Assembly (NCBI GenBank): GCA_964016885.1
Contig: OZ024740.1
Coordinates: 192,262,001-192,326,000, forward strand
Length of the DNA: 64,000 bases
DNA from: Eledone cirrhosa
Lineage: Eukaryota
Reading direction: 5' to 3'
Positions 15,176 to 29,988 of this stretch are shown piece by piece. Each line of letters starts with the position of its first letter. Position 1 is the stretch's first letter. The notes under the pieces were generated by a model. That model made no database searches and had not been told where the DNA came from. It worked only from the letters and a program-made list of their open reading frames with translations. The translations under genes were made by a program, and so were the position numbers.

Positions 15176-15930
15176 CAAGGTTGCTTAGATGCGTCCGTAG
15201 ACGATATGCCGGTTGAGCACTTTATGCTCCTTCATAGCAGAGTATAATATTATATAAAAGGTACCATCACTGATGCATCGAAACAATTTATTAACATATT
15301 ACAATTGTTTATCCGGCGAAAAACTTGAGATACGATAATTTGTGGATCGAACCTGACTCTGGATTCGCAAGTTCCTCAGTTACGTCTAGTGACTTCGAAG
15401 CAAATCTTCCGTCTCATGTTATTCTGTCCCTTTGAGTTTCCCCCATCTGCAATCATCCTGTTTACGCGGCCCATTCATTGGTCAAGAATTTGAGGCGTCA
15501 TCTGTATCTTTGACCAGTCAATGTTGCCCACTGTCTATTTCTATTCAGGCGTAAACTGTCACTCACCTTAATTCTGCCGCCAGAATTACTGCTATATTGA
15601 GAGGGGATTGTAATCTGCCTTCATCTCCCGACTTTGCCCGTACCTCGACATACACACCCACGCATACATGAGCTCACACGCAGGCACTCAGAACACCAGG
15701 GCACACGCGTATTTGTGTAAACAGGATGACGACGGAGGGGGAAACTCAAAGGGACAGAATAACATCAGACGGAAGATTTGCTTCGAAGTCGCTAAACATA
15801 TCTGAGGAACTTGCGAATCCAGAGTCAAGTTCGATCCACAAAGAGATCGTACCTCGAGCTGTTCGCTTGAGAAACAATTGTCATATGTTAATAAATTGTG
15901 CTTCAATGCATCAGTGATTCTTCGTTTTAT
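15172..15930. mobile_element. PLE pseudo-LTR fragment with inverted duplication
   Basis: ~15266-15465 is the reverse complement of ~15717-15918; bounded by (TA)n; homologous to 4255-4672. Confidence 0.8.
15795..15889 (+). ncRNA. Type I hammerhead ribozyme
   Basis: AACATAT-CTGAGGA-[stem II]-GAAA-CAATTG-TC-ATATGTT; perfect 7-bp stem I, palindromic stem III. Confidence 0.88.
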
Positions 15931-16363
15931 ATATATATAAACCGTATATTTAATATACCGCATATTTAATTTAAAAAAATTTAGGAGACCATCAACTATC
16001 GGTTTTAAAGTAATGACTATGTCACTTATCTCTTTTCGGCGAAAGAAGGGATAGAAGTTAACAGTATGTTTCAGTCTGGTTGAAGATCTTCAGAGCCACG
16101 CAACGCCTGCTTCCGCTGAAGATAATAGAAGCTAGATTATTATAGAATTCCAGTAATAATCAGGAGCTGATTATACAGAGCGATTGCCGGTCCAGCAAAA
16201 ATCAGGTATTAGGATTGGTGCTCTGAAATAGCGATGTATACATGAATGTATGTATACATGAATGTATGTATTTGGCAATATACCGTATTGTTTATTCAAA
16301 ACATTTAGAAGACCATACGCTATCGGTTTGAAAGTAGTGAACATGGCACTTACTTCTTTTCGG

Positions 16364-16445
<82 letters not shown>

Positions 16446-17253
16446 ATTTATGTAATATAACTGAATATGAAAGATAGATATATAAAGATATATAACAAAA
16501 TCTGTACCAACTCACTTTAATGACCCTACTGCAATTTTATTAGGAAAATAACGGTACTCCGAATGGAGTATACTATTTTCAGAGTAAATATATATATTCT
16601 TTTGGGGGAGAACATATAATCACAAACCGAACAGAGAGTGAGAGAGAGAGGGAGAAGAGATTAAAAAAGAGGGGGTTACATGTAGAGAGAGGGGAGGAGG
16701 AGGAGCAAGGAGTAAAATGTGGACTAAATGGAGGGAGAGATGGATAGAAAGATGTGGTAAAAGGTTAACAGGAATAAGGTACTTGGCGTTAATTTGGATC
16801 GGCAGCCCTCTATCAATAACCTACGATATAATATAGCAGCATAGTTTCTCGAGTGAAGGGGGTGAGGACTATGCCTAGACAGAGTCCAGAATTGTTGACC
16901 GCGCAACAAGAATCAAATTTCTGGTGTCCAACGCTAAGAAAGAAGAATGGGAACGAGAGAGCAATGTAGGGCGACCGACTCAGTTAACGAGCGGCGATAG
17001 AAAGGAAGGCTATTTGTAGTTCGAAAGTGAGCAGCCGCAATAATAAGGGGAAATAAAGATGGAATCTGTTTGACATTCGACTAGGCACAGCAGCAACAAG
17101 CGGAAGCAACAGTGGCAACAACACAAACAAGCAAAACAAGAGTAGGTGAAAACAGGAGAAACAAAACAGGGGTAAAACATGAAGATATAAAGAGTTACCT
17201 GCTTCTTGCGCCTGATCCGTTCAGTATAGAAAGCCTGACCTGGCTCATGTTAT

Positions 17254-17580
17254 GTATAAAACAATAATTGAAAAGGTTTAAAGCGTTGAGTGTATATGAA
17301 TGTTCGTAAAATTTGAGTTTTCTCTGCTCAGAAGGTACACGATACCAGCTGTATACCATTTGTATGGTCATTCTTTTGTGTGGAGGGTGGGGGTTAGGAT
17401 ATAACTTAAATAGAACGGAGAGTGTGAGAGAGAGAGGGAGAAAGAGATGAGAAAAGAGGGGGTTACTATGCAAATGGTATACAGCTAGTAACGGCTAAGT
17501 TCCGTGCTAAGAATACTCAAATTTTACGAATATTAATATACACTCATCGCTTCAAACCTTTCCAATTGATGTTTTATATA
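17254..17580. repeat. Diverged inverted repeat (~110-bp arms), probable PLE tail inversion
   Basis: 17254-17367 versus 17467-17580, e.g. CAGCTGTATACCATTTG / CAAATGGTATACAGCTAG. Confidence 0.7.
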
Positions 17581-17832
17581 TCTCTCTCTCTCTGTTTGCT
17601 TTTTCCATATTTGATATTATTAGCCTTTGAATCCGTTAATTTTTATTAACTATTTCATTGAACCCAACTCAGTATAAGTTGGACACCCTGAAGTTAATTA
17701 TGTATGTATATATCTATACTTGTATCTATACACGTGCAGAGACTTGTATACTTCTTCATTATATATATATATATATAATTAATAAAAACAATGAAATAAA
17801 AACGAAGAACAAATTCCTTATATTAAAATATT

Positions 17833-17966
17833 CATTATTTTACGATCATTTCTAGGATGTATATGTGTGTTGGTATGGATATCATATAGATCTATGTAAA
17901 AATATTACAAAAGATCAGAGGAAATATACATACCTTCACATATATATGCTGTCTTCAGAAATTATG
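17833..17966 (-). ncRNA. Hammerhead ribozyme with extended stem II (PLE pLTR)
   Basis: Minus strand CATAATTT-CTGAAGA-[~105 nt hairpin]-GAAA-TGATCG-TA-AAATAATG. Confidence 0.75.
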
Positions 17967-20499
17967 TGATTTATTTATTGAAAAGAAACAACAAAGATTT
18001 AATATAAAGGGTCTGTTTGGGAACAGGTTTTGAATTGACCAATAGAGAAGTAGTTAGAGGTCAAGTTGATAGAATAGTGGTAGTAGAAATTTTATTTAGG
18101 TGTAGAGGAGTGCAGACTTATATTTTGAATGAAAATAATACTTTGGGGAAGAAAAGAGGTCAAGCCAGTGAACGGTAGACGAACATTTGATATTATTAAA
18201 GAATAATGTTAAAAACGAAGGAAAATAAAATTTTAGGGTAACGGTATTAGTGAGAAATACTAATCTTATTTAAGCCACAAGGAAACTAGATCTATAAGAA
18301 GAAATTAAATTAATTGATAGGTCTACTTATAAGGATATATTTATATTAATTCATATGAATGTGATAAATAAGAATTAGATGTTATTAAAGACTGTTGTTA
18401 AAAAACGAAGGAAAGTAATATTTGGTATAAGGGTAGTAGTGAGAAATACCAATCTTATATAAACTACAAGGAATCTAGATTCATAACAGGAAATTAAATT
18501 AATTTATAGGTATACTTTTAGGTATTAATTTTAGGAAAAGAGTTGTAAGAGGGAAATAAAATTATGAAGTTCTCTGTAGTAAATTACTAATTATAGGTTA
18601 ACTAAATTAAAAAAAATTAATTATAACAATATATAAAATATAAGTGTAAGGTGTATGTTAATTAGGTTTATAATATTTGAATGTTCTTCGAATTCTATGA
18701 TTAATTCCTGTCGCTTATTTAATAAGATATCCTTAGATTTCATGATTTCAAAAAGTTCCTGGGAGCATAACCTACACTCGTATCTGTTATTTTGATAAGG
18801 AGTGGCCCTATTGAGCACACTCCAGGTCAGGTTGTAATTGATATTCTTCTTTCAATAATTATTAATTGTTTCAGCCAAGGATGTTGTATTAGCTAATGTG
18901 GCATTTTTTAAACTATGTTTGTGTGTATTAAATCTTACTTTAAATTGGTTAGAGGTAGCTCCTATATATGAATAAGTGGAGTCCTTAGTGCTAATTTTAC
19001 ATTTATAGACTATGTTATTAATAAGACAATTTCCCTTTAATGGGCAATTTATTTTGATTCTCCAGTTACAACCATTCGTGAATATTATATCAGGTTAGTC
19101 AAATTTGGTGTGAAATTTTCTGGACTTGTTATATGTGAAGGAGATGGTGGTTTGTTGCGGTTTATTTTAGTATTATGTTTGGTTTGATGTGTTGGTGGTA
19201 TATTTGTGGGGGGTTTTACATTTATATGCGTTGTACGCACTTATATTTTTTTGCATATTTTTGGAAGTGGAGTAGGAAAATTTGACAATTGATCTATTTA
19301 AAATTGGATGGTATCTATGGTTTGGCCGCAAGCTTTTCTCTAGGATTGTAACATATTTTTTATGGATATTATCTTTAATTTGTAGATTAATGGACCATTA
19401 TACCAAGTAACCCGTCTATTACGATTTCGATATTGTTTTTTATATTTATACGTTGTATCAGTATGTTTACTAAGAGAGTTACTATTAGTGAATTTGTTAT
19501 ATGTAGGTTTAGTTAGATTAACTCATTTAGGTGTTTTAGTCTGATTACTAGGAATGTTGTTAGTAATGTTGTTAACATATATTGGAGTATTAGGATGAAT
19601 GGTTTTTTGACAGCCATTATATTTTATGTGAGAAGTGGTAGAGAAATTAAGTTTTAGGTTGGTAATTTGGGGTGTAGTATGAGTGTCATTTAGGTGTGAG
19701 TTTTTAATTTGGTGTTTGTTGGTAATATTGGGTTGTATGTTTGAAGCATTATTGGTGCAAGGTATATAGACTAATTTGTTTTATGGCCGTTTCTAACTAA
19801 AACCTCGTTATAAAAGGGCGCGTTTTTATCGAATACATCCTGGTTAGATGAAATGTTAGAGATTATGAGTGAGATATTATATGCTAGGTTTTTAAGGATA
19901 GATCTGGGGTGATTGGATTGTGAGTGTATGTAATGTAAGTTTTGGTTAGGTTTATGGTAAGGTTGGTAGATACCCGTAGATATGTCTAAAGTTATATCTA
20001 GCAAATTGACTATTTTACTGGTGATTTCAAATGTAATAGTGAGATTGTAATAGTCTTTGAGGATGTTCTAATAATTCTTTTTTTTAAATTTCTGATAAGC
20101 TAAGATTAATGGTTAGAAGAAGACAGTCATCACGATATGAACCACCTTTAAGGTGGGGAAAAGATTAATTAATGTTAAATAGAAGAAAGAGGCCCACAAA
20201 ATCGGTAATTTGGGCGGAATCACTAGAGCCCATAGTAATGTCGAAGAGATACTATATGTATTTCTGGTCCAGTATTCCTTCTGAAATCCCCAGTAGTGTT
20301 TGTCTAGCGTGCGTGATAATATTAATGTCATCCATATTTAAGTTTGATCTATTTTTGGCAAATATCAAGGCTTTGTTCCGGAGTGTCCGTGATATAGAGG
20401 AATAATAAGTATCTATATCAAATTGTAAAAATGAAGCAGATGATTTATTATCTAATATTAGTAAACCAGATAATTACTTGGGATGTGTTTTCCCAGAGT

Positions 20500-21060
20500 T
20501 GTGTACCACCAACACATCAAACCAACAATAATACTAAAATAAACCGCAACACACCGCCATCTCCTTCACATATAACAAGTCGAGTAAATTCCACACCAAA
20601 TCTGACTAACTCCCCTGATATAATATTCACGAATGGTTGTAACTGTAGAATCAAAATAAATTGCCCATTAAAGGGAAATTGTCTTATTAATAACATAGTC
20701 TATAAATGTAAAATTAGCACTAAGGACTCCACTTATTCATATATAGGAGCTACCTCTAACCAATTTAAAGTAAGATTTAATACCCACAAACATAGTTTTA
20801 AAAATGCCGCATTAGCTATTACAACATCTTTGGCTGAATCAATTAATAATTATGGAAAGAAGAATATCGATTACAACCTGACCTGGAGTGTGCTCAAAAG
20901 GGCCACCCCTTATCAAAATAACAGATACGAGTGTAGGTTATGCTCCTAAGGAACGTTTGGAAATCATGAAATCTAAGGATATCTTATTAAATAAGCGACA
21001 GGAATTAATTATATCTTGCAATCATAGAATTAGAAGAACCTTCAACTATTATAAACCTAA
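20500..21060 (+). pseudogene. Inverted copy of PLE linker + GIY-YIG endonuclease
   Basis: CNCRIKINCPLKGNC (CxCx5C), NIVY...YIG, VRFNTH, CRLC; premature TAA at 20947-20949. Confidence 0.9.
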
Positions 21061-21763
21061 TTAATATACGCCTTACACTTATATTTTACATATTATTATA
21101 ATTATTTTTTTTAAATTTAGATAACCTATAATTAGTAATTTACTACAGAGAACTTCACAATTTTATTTCCCTCTTTTCCTAAAATTAATACCTAAATGTA
21201 TACCTATAAATTAATTTAATTTCTTGTTATGAATCTAGATTTCTTATAGTTTATATAAGTTTGGTATTTCTCACTACTACCCTTGTCCCCAATTTTTAAT
21301 TTCCTTCGTTTTTTAACAACACTATTTAATAACATCTAATTCTTATTTATCAGATTCATATGGATTAATATAAATTTATCCTTATAAGTATACCTATCAT
21401 TTAATTTAATTTCTTGTTATAGATCTAAGTTCCTTATGGTTTAAATAAGATTAGTATTCCTCACTATTACCGTTACACTAACATTTTATTTTCCTTGGTT
21501 TTTTAACATTATTCTTTAATAACATCAAATTTTCGTGAACCCTTCATTGGCTTGACCTCTTTCATCCCCGAAGTATTATTTTCATTCAAAGCATTATTTT
21601 CATTCAAAATATAATCTGCACTCCACTACCATTAAATTAAATTTCTACTACCACTATTCTATCAACTTGACCTCTAACTACTTCTCTATTGGTCAATTCA
21701 AAACCTGTTCCCAAACAGACCTTTTATATTAAATCTTTGTTGTTTTATTTCAATAAATCATTC

Positions 21764-21899
21764 TCATCATTTCTGAAGCCAGCATGTATATGTGATGGTA
21801 TGTATATTTCCTCTGATAATTTGTAATATGTTTTCATAGATCTATTTGATATACATACCAACACACATATACATCCTAGAAACGATCGTAAAATGATGA
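21764..21899 (+). ncRNA. Hammerhead ribozyme with extended stem II, core point mutant
   Basis: TCATCATTT-CTGAAGC(A9 to C)-[hairpin]-GAAA-CGATCG-TA-AAATGATGA; stem I covaries with the 53997 copy. Confidence 0.7.
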
Positions 21900-22096
21900 A
21901 TTGTGTTTAATATAAGCAACTTGTTCTTTGTTTTTATTTCATTGTTTTTATTAATTTATCTTGACTCTGTTTTCCTATGGTTTTCATCGAAATTTTGGAA
22001 GACATCTACTCTTTTCATGATATTTGAATTACATTGAGCTCTTCATACGGATTGGAGAGTACCGTATATTTTGGTAGATTTATCTCCCTCTCACTC

Positions 22097-22194
<98 letters not shown>

Positions 22195-22349
22195 ATACAT
22201 TAACAGAGAAATCTTTTAGCGATACTCCGACCAACTCCCATATATATATATATACACGCAGAGGTTCTATTTAATTTGTTGGGATTCAACAAGCTTTAAC
22301 ATGTTTATAACTAATATAAAGCACTCAACAGTTTAGTGGAGTAAATACA

Positions 22350-22715
22350 CAATATATTAATAAATGGAAACTATTTATAAAACCATATTTTATTTTATTA
22401 TATTTCAAGGGCAACCAAGGCAAATTATGGTGCGCGTTCATCATATAAAATACAGATTTGTTTATATAAATAAATATTGACATACCCGGAAAAAAGACAA
22501 CCTTAACGGTTGGACCTTCCTGGATAGCTAGATACTACCCAGGAAGCTCCAACCGTTAAGGTTGTCTTATTTCAGGGTATGTCAATATTTATTTATTAAA
22601 CAAATCTGTATTTTATCTGATGAAAGCGGACCATAATATGCCTTGGTTGCCCTTGAAATATGTATAATAAAATAAATATGGTTTCATAAATATAGTTTCC
22701 ATTTATTAATATATT
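22350..22715. repeat. Near-spacerless palindrome of a PLE tail fragment
   Basis: Arms fold back at ~22530 (CCTTAACGGTTGGA.CTTCCTGG / CCAGGAAG.TCCAACCGTTAAGG); same family as 35165-35345. Confidence 0.88.
22609..22674 (+). ncRNA. Type I hammerhead ribozyme
   Basis: TATTTTAT-CTGATGA-AAG...CTT-GAAA-TATGTA-TA-ATAAAATA; perfect 8-bp stem I. Confidence 0.82.
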
Positions 22716-22867
22716 GTATATATATTAATATATTGTATATTCTATATATATATATATATTTCTTTTCTTTACTTATATTCTAAATTACTCTGTATTATTT
22801 CACTGAGAAATATATACATATATATATATATGTATATATATATATATTTTTGGCAATATACATTATG

Positions 22868-22905
<38 letters not shown>

Positions 22906-23425
22906 CATAATGTATATTGCCAAATATACATTCATGTATATATGTATATATATATATATATGGTTGTGTGTTTGTGTGTGCGCGGTGGTGTGTATGTGTG
23001 TGTGTTGGTGTGTGTGTGTTATTTACTTATATCCCCTGTATTATTTCACTCAGAAATTCCACGAGAATACATTTTCTGCAGAACATATTGTTCATGCAGA
23101 TTATTAAAAAACGTTTTTAACTTTCAGTTTATGCAATTATATATACTATGGATAGAATAAAACCTTCGGTGAACACTCCTTTACAATGAAGGATCACTCT
23201 ATCATTCACTGATGAGCTTTGAACAATTATTGAATATTTTAGCCAATCATAATAGTTGACAGTCTTACGTTTGTATTCTATAAAGTTGAAGCATTGACAT
23301 GACAGCCATTCTAGTAAATCTATTTTAATTTCCGGACTTCTAACGCCTCGAGCATCTGATCGTGATTTCATTAAATGTGCATTTTCAATTTCGCTTTTCC
23401 CTGGGTTATAATTAATATCAGGTAC

Positions 23426-23479
<54 letters not shown>

Positions 23480-23483
23480 GCAT

Positions 23484-23640
<157 letters not shown>

Positions 23641-23668
23641 TAAATACATATATATATATATCATAAAC

Positions 23669-23709
<41 letters not shown>

Positions 23710-24399
23710 TACATAGCAGAAAAATATGTTTAAATGTTTATGAAAGATTTTTCTCTACATATTATATAGAAACAAATTTCTCGTGTTTTCATGGGATATG
23801 AAAAAGAATGCCTTAATATTCGGCTACTAGATCATATGTAGTTAGTTCAGAAATCCTGAAAGCTCATCAATGTTACCGGCATCTACTACTTTTAGATATC
23901 CTGGAATTGTATATTTGGTTCTATGGATATTTAGAATTTGTTCAGAAGCGCGTTTGTACGGCTTTCACATGTGACATATAGATATTATATGTAGCCATGC
24001 TTTGGTTGTTTACTAACATTTCAATATTTATTTTCCTGTCGATTAATTAAATCTTGATAGTCCCGAAATATTTCGCTGATATTGTGTGTACCTGATTCTA
24101 GGTTTTAAACTGCTTCATTGATAAGACAATAGTGTATGATTTTAAGGAAATTGAATTGCTATTTCTATTAAGTATATAAAGACAATACCAAAACGTTGTG
24201 TGATTTTCAGCTTAGGCAATACTCTTTGGAGCCTAATTTCAGGGCTTCGGAAGTAATACATTTCAGAACAATATCTCAAGGTAAATGCTACACGATTTCA
24301 ATGTACTTCCCTTACATTGCATAGAAATTAATATATACCAGTTTGCGTTGAGGGTTAGTGTTAATTTTGTTTGCATATGACTGGATTCGTACACACAAA

Positions 24400-25000
<601 letters not shown>

Positions 25001-26160
25001 GGGGGCCTTTGTGTGTGCCTGTGTGAGTACATAATTCGCACGTTGTACTGAAATTAATCATAGTAAGTAATGTAATTTTTTTCACTAACGCACTAAATAA
25101 TGTATTTGTAATTCATAACATATCTGGGGATGCGACATACGTGTAATACAGTGGGGAATCTGACGAAGAATATAAACATATATCCATTTAACGCTTGGAA
25201 ATTTACATATATACACACTGTATGTGGAAATATCTGAAAGTGTAAAGATTGATTTATTATTATTTTTTCATTTAAAGTTACATTTCATCTTACTTCTTAA
25301 TGCTGAAGCTTATCTTAGATATTTGTACTACTAACTGACGAAGATTCCAAGAGTAGTCCCCTCCGTGGAAGATTTAACAATCGCGTCATTATTCTGATAC
25401 ACAATTTCAGCACTAATATATATATATGGAACATTTAGCGCAGTATGGTATATTTGAATAATGAGAAGGATGACTTAATTGGTATACTTTAATAGTTGAA
25501 ACCTTTACCGTACGTCGTTATTGATATCTGTTCTCGTAAGTACTTGTTAACTGCGGTGGAAAAGTCATTGATAAAATACTATGGAAATTTCTAGACTTTA
25601 GTGGCGATTGACAAACTAGTCTATTATGGTATTTTGTTGATTTATATATATATATAAAGAGAGAGAAAGGGGGAAATGTACCGGGGTCATTCGTTTCATA
25701 GGAAATATATATTGATTATGATTCACAATAAAGAAAATCGATGAACATTAGTTCAAAGCATTAATTACACAGGTTTGAATGATATATAATAAAAGGTTAT
25801 ATTTCAATTGAGAAACTAATAGGATTATCTACATATATAAACAGAGGAATAATAGGTAAGTAAACAAACTTACTTGAAGATGGTGAGATGCCTATATTTC
25901 TATATACAGATATGTTTCGTAAAACTCAAATAAAGCAGGCAAATCATCGATCATTTTTAATCAGTATCAATCGCAAATTATTGCTTTTGATAATAAGGAT
26001 GCTAAGACCAGGATTTTAATCTTCAGTAAGGTCATGTCTTTCAATATATATCTCACACAATTACTGTTTACCGCGCAGGAAAAACATATAGATCTCTTAC
26101 CATCTTAAAGTAAGTATATTTACTGATACATCGTTTGCTTCGTACATATATATATGTATA

Positions 26161-26437
26161 TAGTTATAGGAATAACCAAAGAGTGCTTAGAAATACATTG
26201 TTTTATTAGCTAACAGTGTTTCATCCATAGACTATGGCAGGAATCATCAGAGCCTATCAACAATAGTATATCAGTAATTGCATGCTCCATCGATCTGCGT
26301 CACCAGAACAAGGTTAAACGACCAGCGGGGGGCGGGGGTTTCCCGAGGCCAGCGCTATATGGAAAAAGACATGATGCACATAATGTCATAAAATGTCTTA
26401 AAAATTTAAAAATTACACCAAAAATGTATCACTTAAA
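26161..26437 (-). mobile_element. PLE pseudo-LTR fragment, inverted homolog of 31683-31960
   Basis: Reverse-complement alignment over ~280 bp, e.g. GGAATAACCAAAGAGTGCTTAGAAATACATTG. Confidence 0.85.
26207..26256 (-). ncRNA. Type I hammerhead ribozyme
   Basis: Minus strand GGCT-CTGATGA-TTCC...GGAT-GAAA-CACTG-TT-AGCT. Confidence 0.7.
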
Positions 26438-27002
26438 TCTTTATATATATATAAAAGCGAGGATGTATGTGTGTATGTGTACAACTTGGCATGCATAAGG
26501 CTTTCACAATTACCAACAGAATTTGACCAAATGTTCTGTGCACGTTGTACAGGTCGCTAAGATTGTTACATCACAAACATTTTTCAAGTCGACCCACGTT
26601 GAGCAATAAAAAAATTGATATCAAAATTATCGGTAGAACAATTTATGTAAGGGAGATAACAAACTTTATTGACAATCCTTATAAAAAAGGGAGATAACCT
26701 TTTCACAAAATATGCCCCGTATTAACTTGTTGTACTTTAGCAAAACTGCCTGTTTTTTTTACAGATTTGCAACGTGTATTGTCTTTAATCATTTGTATAA
26801 CTACATCCTGTTCAGTATTTTCCTTCATTATCAGCATAGTTTTATGTGTACAAATATTGAACTAAATATTCGTTTGCATTAATTATTGAAGACTTCTGCT
26901 TATTTTGACAGATTGGGGACAAATAATGTTCTTCTTTTAATTCCTAGCTGTATATTCTTAGAATAATTTCAAACCCCGAGCAACGCCGGGTAAATCTGCT
27001 AG
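26438..27002 (+). mobile_element. Non-autonomous Helitron
   Basis: A|TC 5' end (TCTTTATATATATATAAAAG), 3' hairpin CCCG-AGCAACGC-CGGG then CTAG|T; inserted between A and T with no TSD. Confidence 0.82.
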
Positions 27003-29432
27003 TAGATGATAAAGATGGAAACCTAGACGAGATAAATAAGAAAGGGCTAGAAATCGTTAAGATGCTGAACCTGGAAAAGTACAGCCAGCCTTTCACCCCT
27101 AAGCAACCCAGATTCACACTGAATGATAACAGAGAGGACTTCCTTAGTGACCCCTCAATTAGGCTCATTAGCCCCTCTAAGTCTGACTTAGGGGTAATAA
27201 GCAAAAAAATCTTGGACGCCGTCATCCCCGTTATAAGAAGTGAAATTTATCTTGACCTATGTTGGAATACTGAGAAGGTCATTAAATGGTTCGCAAGCAT
27301 TAGTAACCATAAGTCCCTGAAGTTCATCCAATTCGATATCAACTCATACTATACCTCGATCTCTCCCATCCTTCTAAATAAGGCCCTTATATTAGCTATG
27401 CAAAATAGTGACCTGACTAGATCCCAAATTGACATCATCCTTGCTGCCCGGAGAACTATCATCATCTTCGAAGACCAACTTTGGACCCGGAAGAACACGA
27501 CGAATAACTTTGATGGCACAATGGGGTCCAGCAATTCGGCGCCGGTCACTGACTTGGTTGGACATTACCTCCTCCACGAACTGCATAAAACATTGCCGCA
27601 TTTCAAAGGCGGGCTATACCGTGACGACGCCCTGTTCACTATTGAATATAAAAAACATAATATAGAAAGGACGAGAAAATAAATACATAAATTCTTCAAA
27701 AGCTTTAACCTTAGCATAACGATAGACATAAATAATAAAACGGTTAACTTTCTAGACGTAACCCTGGACTTGGAAAATAAATACTTCTCACCCTATCACA
27801 AGCCAGATGAAACACTAACATACGTGAATGCAAATTCCAAACACCCTAGACCCGTCCTAAATGCCATAATTATAGGGGTATCTAACAGGATTAGCAGACT
27901 ATCACATAATTAGCATGCATTTAGGTCTAATGCAAGATATTATAATAAAGCTCTAGCAAAGTCCGGTTTTAGAGAAAAAAATATACTACATACAAAACAA
28001 CGCCCAAACCACCAGGGCTGGACAATATAATGTATCACACGCAATATGGCTTTGCCTAATAGAAGCGGAAACACAAATTGAAACTACATGGGTACTGTAG
28101 GCGGCTGTGACCAACCCCAAGGGACTCCATTTAACACGTCTCATCGGTATGGCAATAATGCTAACACTAGGATAAAAGCTAGAAAATTAACGTGCAATAG
28201 GAAATACAGGGAAGCCTGTTAACCCCTCCGGGTAAGGTTACCACCCCATTTTCTCTCTACCACGGAAGTTGGGTTGTCTATGCCCAGGGCCAACTCTTCC
28301 CCTAGTACGAAAAATAGGAAAAATAGACGAAGATCTAATTCCTACTTTAATCCACCTTACAACTCGGAGGTATCAACCAATATACCAAAGGCTTTATTCT
28401 CGATCTTGGAACCCCCCCACCCCCGGTAGTAAATACCTTAGTATCATTAATAAAAACACAATTAAGCTATCATTCTCCATTACTCCAAATCTAGCTCGTC
28501 ACCTAGCCATAGCGAACAATATAAAAATGAGAAAGGATTTCGAAACCATTGCAGCTGCGCCACACCCGCAACCACTAGATGGACCTGATGCGGCGTCACC
28601 CAGCAATACTATCCACACATCTGATGTACGGTTGCTAAATCTGGAACGCACGGAAAACCAAACATCTCCTGTGCCGCAGCCTCACATACACCGCAAATGT
28701 AACTCCAGACGAAAGGCGGAGTGCTCCCTAAAGGGACAATGCCTTATATACAATATTGTCTACGCATGTGATGTTACTAGTCGGACCTCCTCCAAACGTA
28801 TAAAGGGTCTACATCGACCCCCTTTAAGACTAGATACAACTCCCACCGCTATACATTTAGACATGATAGACTTAAGAAAACTACATCCCTAGCTAGTTAC
28901 ATATCCCTCCTGAAGAACACTGATATTCAATACACGCTTGATTGGATAATCATCACTAAATCATCGCAGTACAGACCCCCTAACAAGACCTGTGACATGT
29001 GTCTCTCTGAATCACACGTATGGTTGACCGCTGAGTGCTTCGAATCAAACAAAAGACCCGCCCCTAGCATCCCGTTGGATATCTAATGAATCCGCCCTTT
29101 ATGATGCGAATTGCCTCCCATACCTTCCATACGTACACTACGACTTCCTATGTTTATATTCGGACTACCGTTATGTGTTACTAGCGAGAGACTAATCTTT
29201 GAAAGTTGGAGTTAGTTGAATATGAATCATGATCCAGCTTTGATGAATTATAGAACCACACTCAAGGTAAAGTTCAGCACTGGATATTGAACTCCCGCCA
29301 ACCCAGGAGGGGTCACACCCGACTGTGAATGGATTGCAACTTCCGGAGTCAATAATCTAAACGAAAACCACGTGACGGACATATAAATAACATAGCTGTC
29401 ATGGACAGGTTTGGTTGTGAGTTATCTCTTCT
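27003..29432 (+). mobile_element. Decayed Hydra-type PLE (RT + GIY-YIG)
   Basis: IRLISPSKSDLG, FIQFDINSYYTSI, TMGSSNSAPVTDLVG, GGLYRDD, VNFLDVTLDL, KCNSRRKAECSLKGQC, NIVY, KTCDMCLSE; stops and frameshifts. Confidence 0.9.
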
Positions 29433-29569
29433 ATATATATCTATCTATTCTACAGAAATTTGCACTCACTATAATAAACCCGCCTATTATTATAACAATA
29501 TATGCTCATTCTGCCATATGAGATGCAATTCAGTTTTATGCTAAGGTAAGAGTGCTTATGATGCTCTTT

Positions 29570-29988
29570 TTCTGGTGAGACAACTGAAGTACTTGGTTAA
29601 GAGAAAGTCACTGTACCTGGCATTTGTAGATATGAAGAAGGCCTTCGACAGAGTACCTTATAATGTAATCTGGTCGGCACTAAGGAAGCTATGTTTAGAT
29701 GAATGGCTTATGAGCGCCACACAAGCTGTGTATAGGGGTGCGACCAGCAAGGTGAGAGTTGGCAACAAGTACAGATTTGAATTGCAGATGAGGGTCCATC
29801 AGCCACTTCTATTTATCATAGCCCTTTGGGCCATTATGGAGAAGTTGAAAACTTGCACAAATAAAAAGAAAGACAGGAAACCATTACCATCAGGGAAATT
29901 GACTTGTTCTGCTTGAGCACTGACCAGTCTGTGACAACTCATCCAACCCTTGCTAGTAACGAAAACAGACATTAAAGGATGATGATGT
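29570..29988 (+). mobile_element. RTE-clade LINE RT fragment with 3' tail
   Basis: LYLAFVDMKKAFDRVPYNVIWSALRKL motif; ends in GATGATGATG. Confidence 0.8.

Larger units (their letters stand above)
17775..22085 (-). mobile_element. 5'-truncated Hydra-type PLE (RT + GIY-YIG) with ~1.45-kb inverted duplication
   Basis: Minus strand RT remnants at 20495-19770 (DITLD..YQPYHKPN..YIHSQSNHP), linker and EN to 18621, 3' UTR/pLTR to 17775. 20500-21955 is an inverted copy of ~19205-17775. Flanked by microsatellite. Confidence 0.92.

Noticed and set aside
23205-23302. CTGATGA-GCTTT...AAAGTT-GAAG possible hammerhead (also CTGACGA at ~25335)
   Set aside because: The second core box and cleavage site are mutated and stem I is unconvincing; at most a fossil.
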